Source: a virus
Lineage: Duplodnaviria > Caudoviricetes
DNA: 36,412 bases
Virus record (IMG/VR): IMGVR_UViG_3300033076_000637
Location: 1 to 36,412 of that record
Reading direction: 5' to 3' (one strand)
Positions 35,815 through 36,412 of the stretch are shown here, one piece after another; position 1 is the first letter of the stretch; each line of letters begins with the position of its first letter. Under the pieces are notes generated by a model that did no database searches, was not told the DNA's origin, and saw only the letters and a list, made by a program, of their open reading frames with translations. The translations under genes were made by a program, and so were the position numbers.

Positions 35815-36412
35815 CCAATTTATTCCGCAAAGCAGCCATCTTCACTGACATCCATTTTGGACTCAAGTCAAACAGTCAACTACACAACGAAGACTGTTTG
35901 TCTTTTGTAAAGTGGGCTACCCAAAAGGCCCGAGAGGAAGGTTGCGAAACCTGTTTGTTCTTGGGCGACTGGCACAACAACCGTGCCAGCCTAAACATTG
36001 TCACGCTGAACTACAGTTTGCGGGCACTGGAGCACCTCAATGCTAATTTTGAACGTGTGTTTTTTATTCCTGGCAACCACGATTTATATTATCGCGACAA
36101 ACGTGATATTCAAAGCGTGGAATGGGCTCGACATCTCCCCAATGTTGAAATTTGCAATGATTGGTTTGATGACGGCGGGGTCACTATTGCTCCTTGGCTA
36201 TGCGGGGAAGATCACAAACGGCTTTCAAAACTATCAGGACAATACTTGTTTGGGCACTTTGAACTGCCGGGTTACCTGATGAACGCAATGGTGGAGATGC
36301 CAGATCATGGAGAAGTCAAGCGTGAAGATCTTTCAGGGTTTGAACATGTTTTTACAGGACATTTTCACAAACGCCAGACTAAAAAGAATATCACCTACAT
36401 TGGTAATGCGTT
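35811..36412 (+). CDS. Recombination endonuclease subunit gp47-like (Mre11/SbcD metallophosphoesterase), partial
   Basis: Manual translation from ATG 35811: MTNLFRKAAIFTDIHFG...FLGDWHNNR...IPGNHDLYY...LFGHFEL...FTGHFHKRQ...YIGNA; all five phosphoesterase motifs; open to the window end. Confidence 0.93.
   Translation, partial: MTNLFRKAAIFTDIHFGLKSNSQLHNEDCLSFVKWATQKAREEGCETCLFLGDWHNNRASLNIVTLNYSLRALEHLNANFERVFFIPGNHDLYYRDKRDIQSVEWARHLPNVEICNDWFDDGGVTIAPWLCGEDHKRLSKLSGQYLFGHFELPGYLMNAMVEMPDHGEVKREDLSGFEHVFTGHFHKRQTKKNITYIGNA

Larger units (their letters stand above)
1..36412. other. Segment of a T4-like large myophage genome (baseplate/tail module, glycan-modification operon, gp55-gp47 region)
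   Basis: gp25/gp6/gp53/gp5-like baseplate genes in a contiguous block, a gp55-like sigma next to a gp47-like nuclease (T4-like synteny), TATAAATA late-promoter box, dense overlapping genes, no host housekeeping genes. Confidence 0.95.

Noticed and set aside
36040-36279. 79-aa plus-strand ORF
   Set aside because: Out-of-frame overlap within the gp47-like nuclease gene.

Overview
Fragment of a large T4-like (myovirus, contractile-tail) phage genome with standard genetic code. No tRNA, rRNA, CRISPR array, intron, intein or transposase is recognisable. Minus strand 33900->5338 is a baseplate/tail module: gp48/54-like, gp53-like, gp27-like hub, a gp5/VgrG-like spike split by a -1 frameshift at ~28.6 kb, a degenerate lysozyme-like protein, gp25, gp6, a giant 4678-aa gp7-like adhesin-decorated wedge, a 51-aa microprotein, a 201-aa virion protein and two fibre-like proteins. 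Several of these genes are preceded by T4-type TAAATA late-promoter boxes. Downstream, behind a terminator and an apparently leaderless sigma70-type promoter, is a fully overlapping operon (5281->1) with three GT-A glycosyltransferase-like genes, a radical SAM enzyme with an extra Cys-rich N-terminus, a GT10-like gene and two small proteins. This is the best candidate for an uncharacterised phage glycan-building system. Plus strand 34011->end encodes an enlarged gp55-like late sigma factor, an AT-rich sulfotransferase-like insert and a truncated gp47 (Mre11/SbcD) nuclease. All family assignments come from motif recognition and synteny, not database searches.
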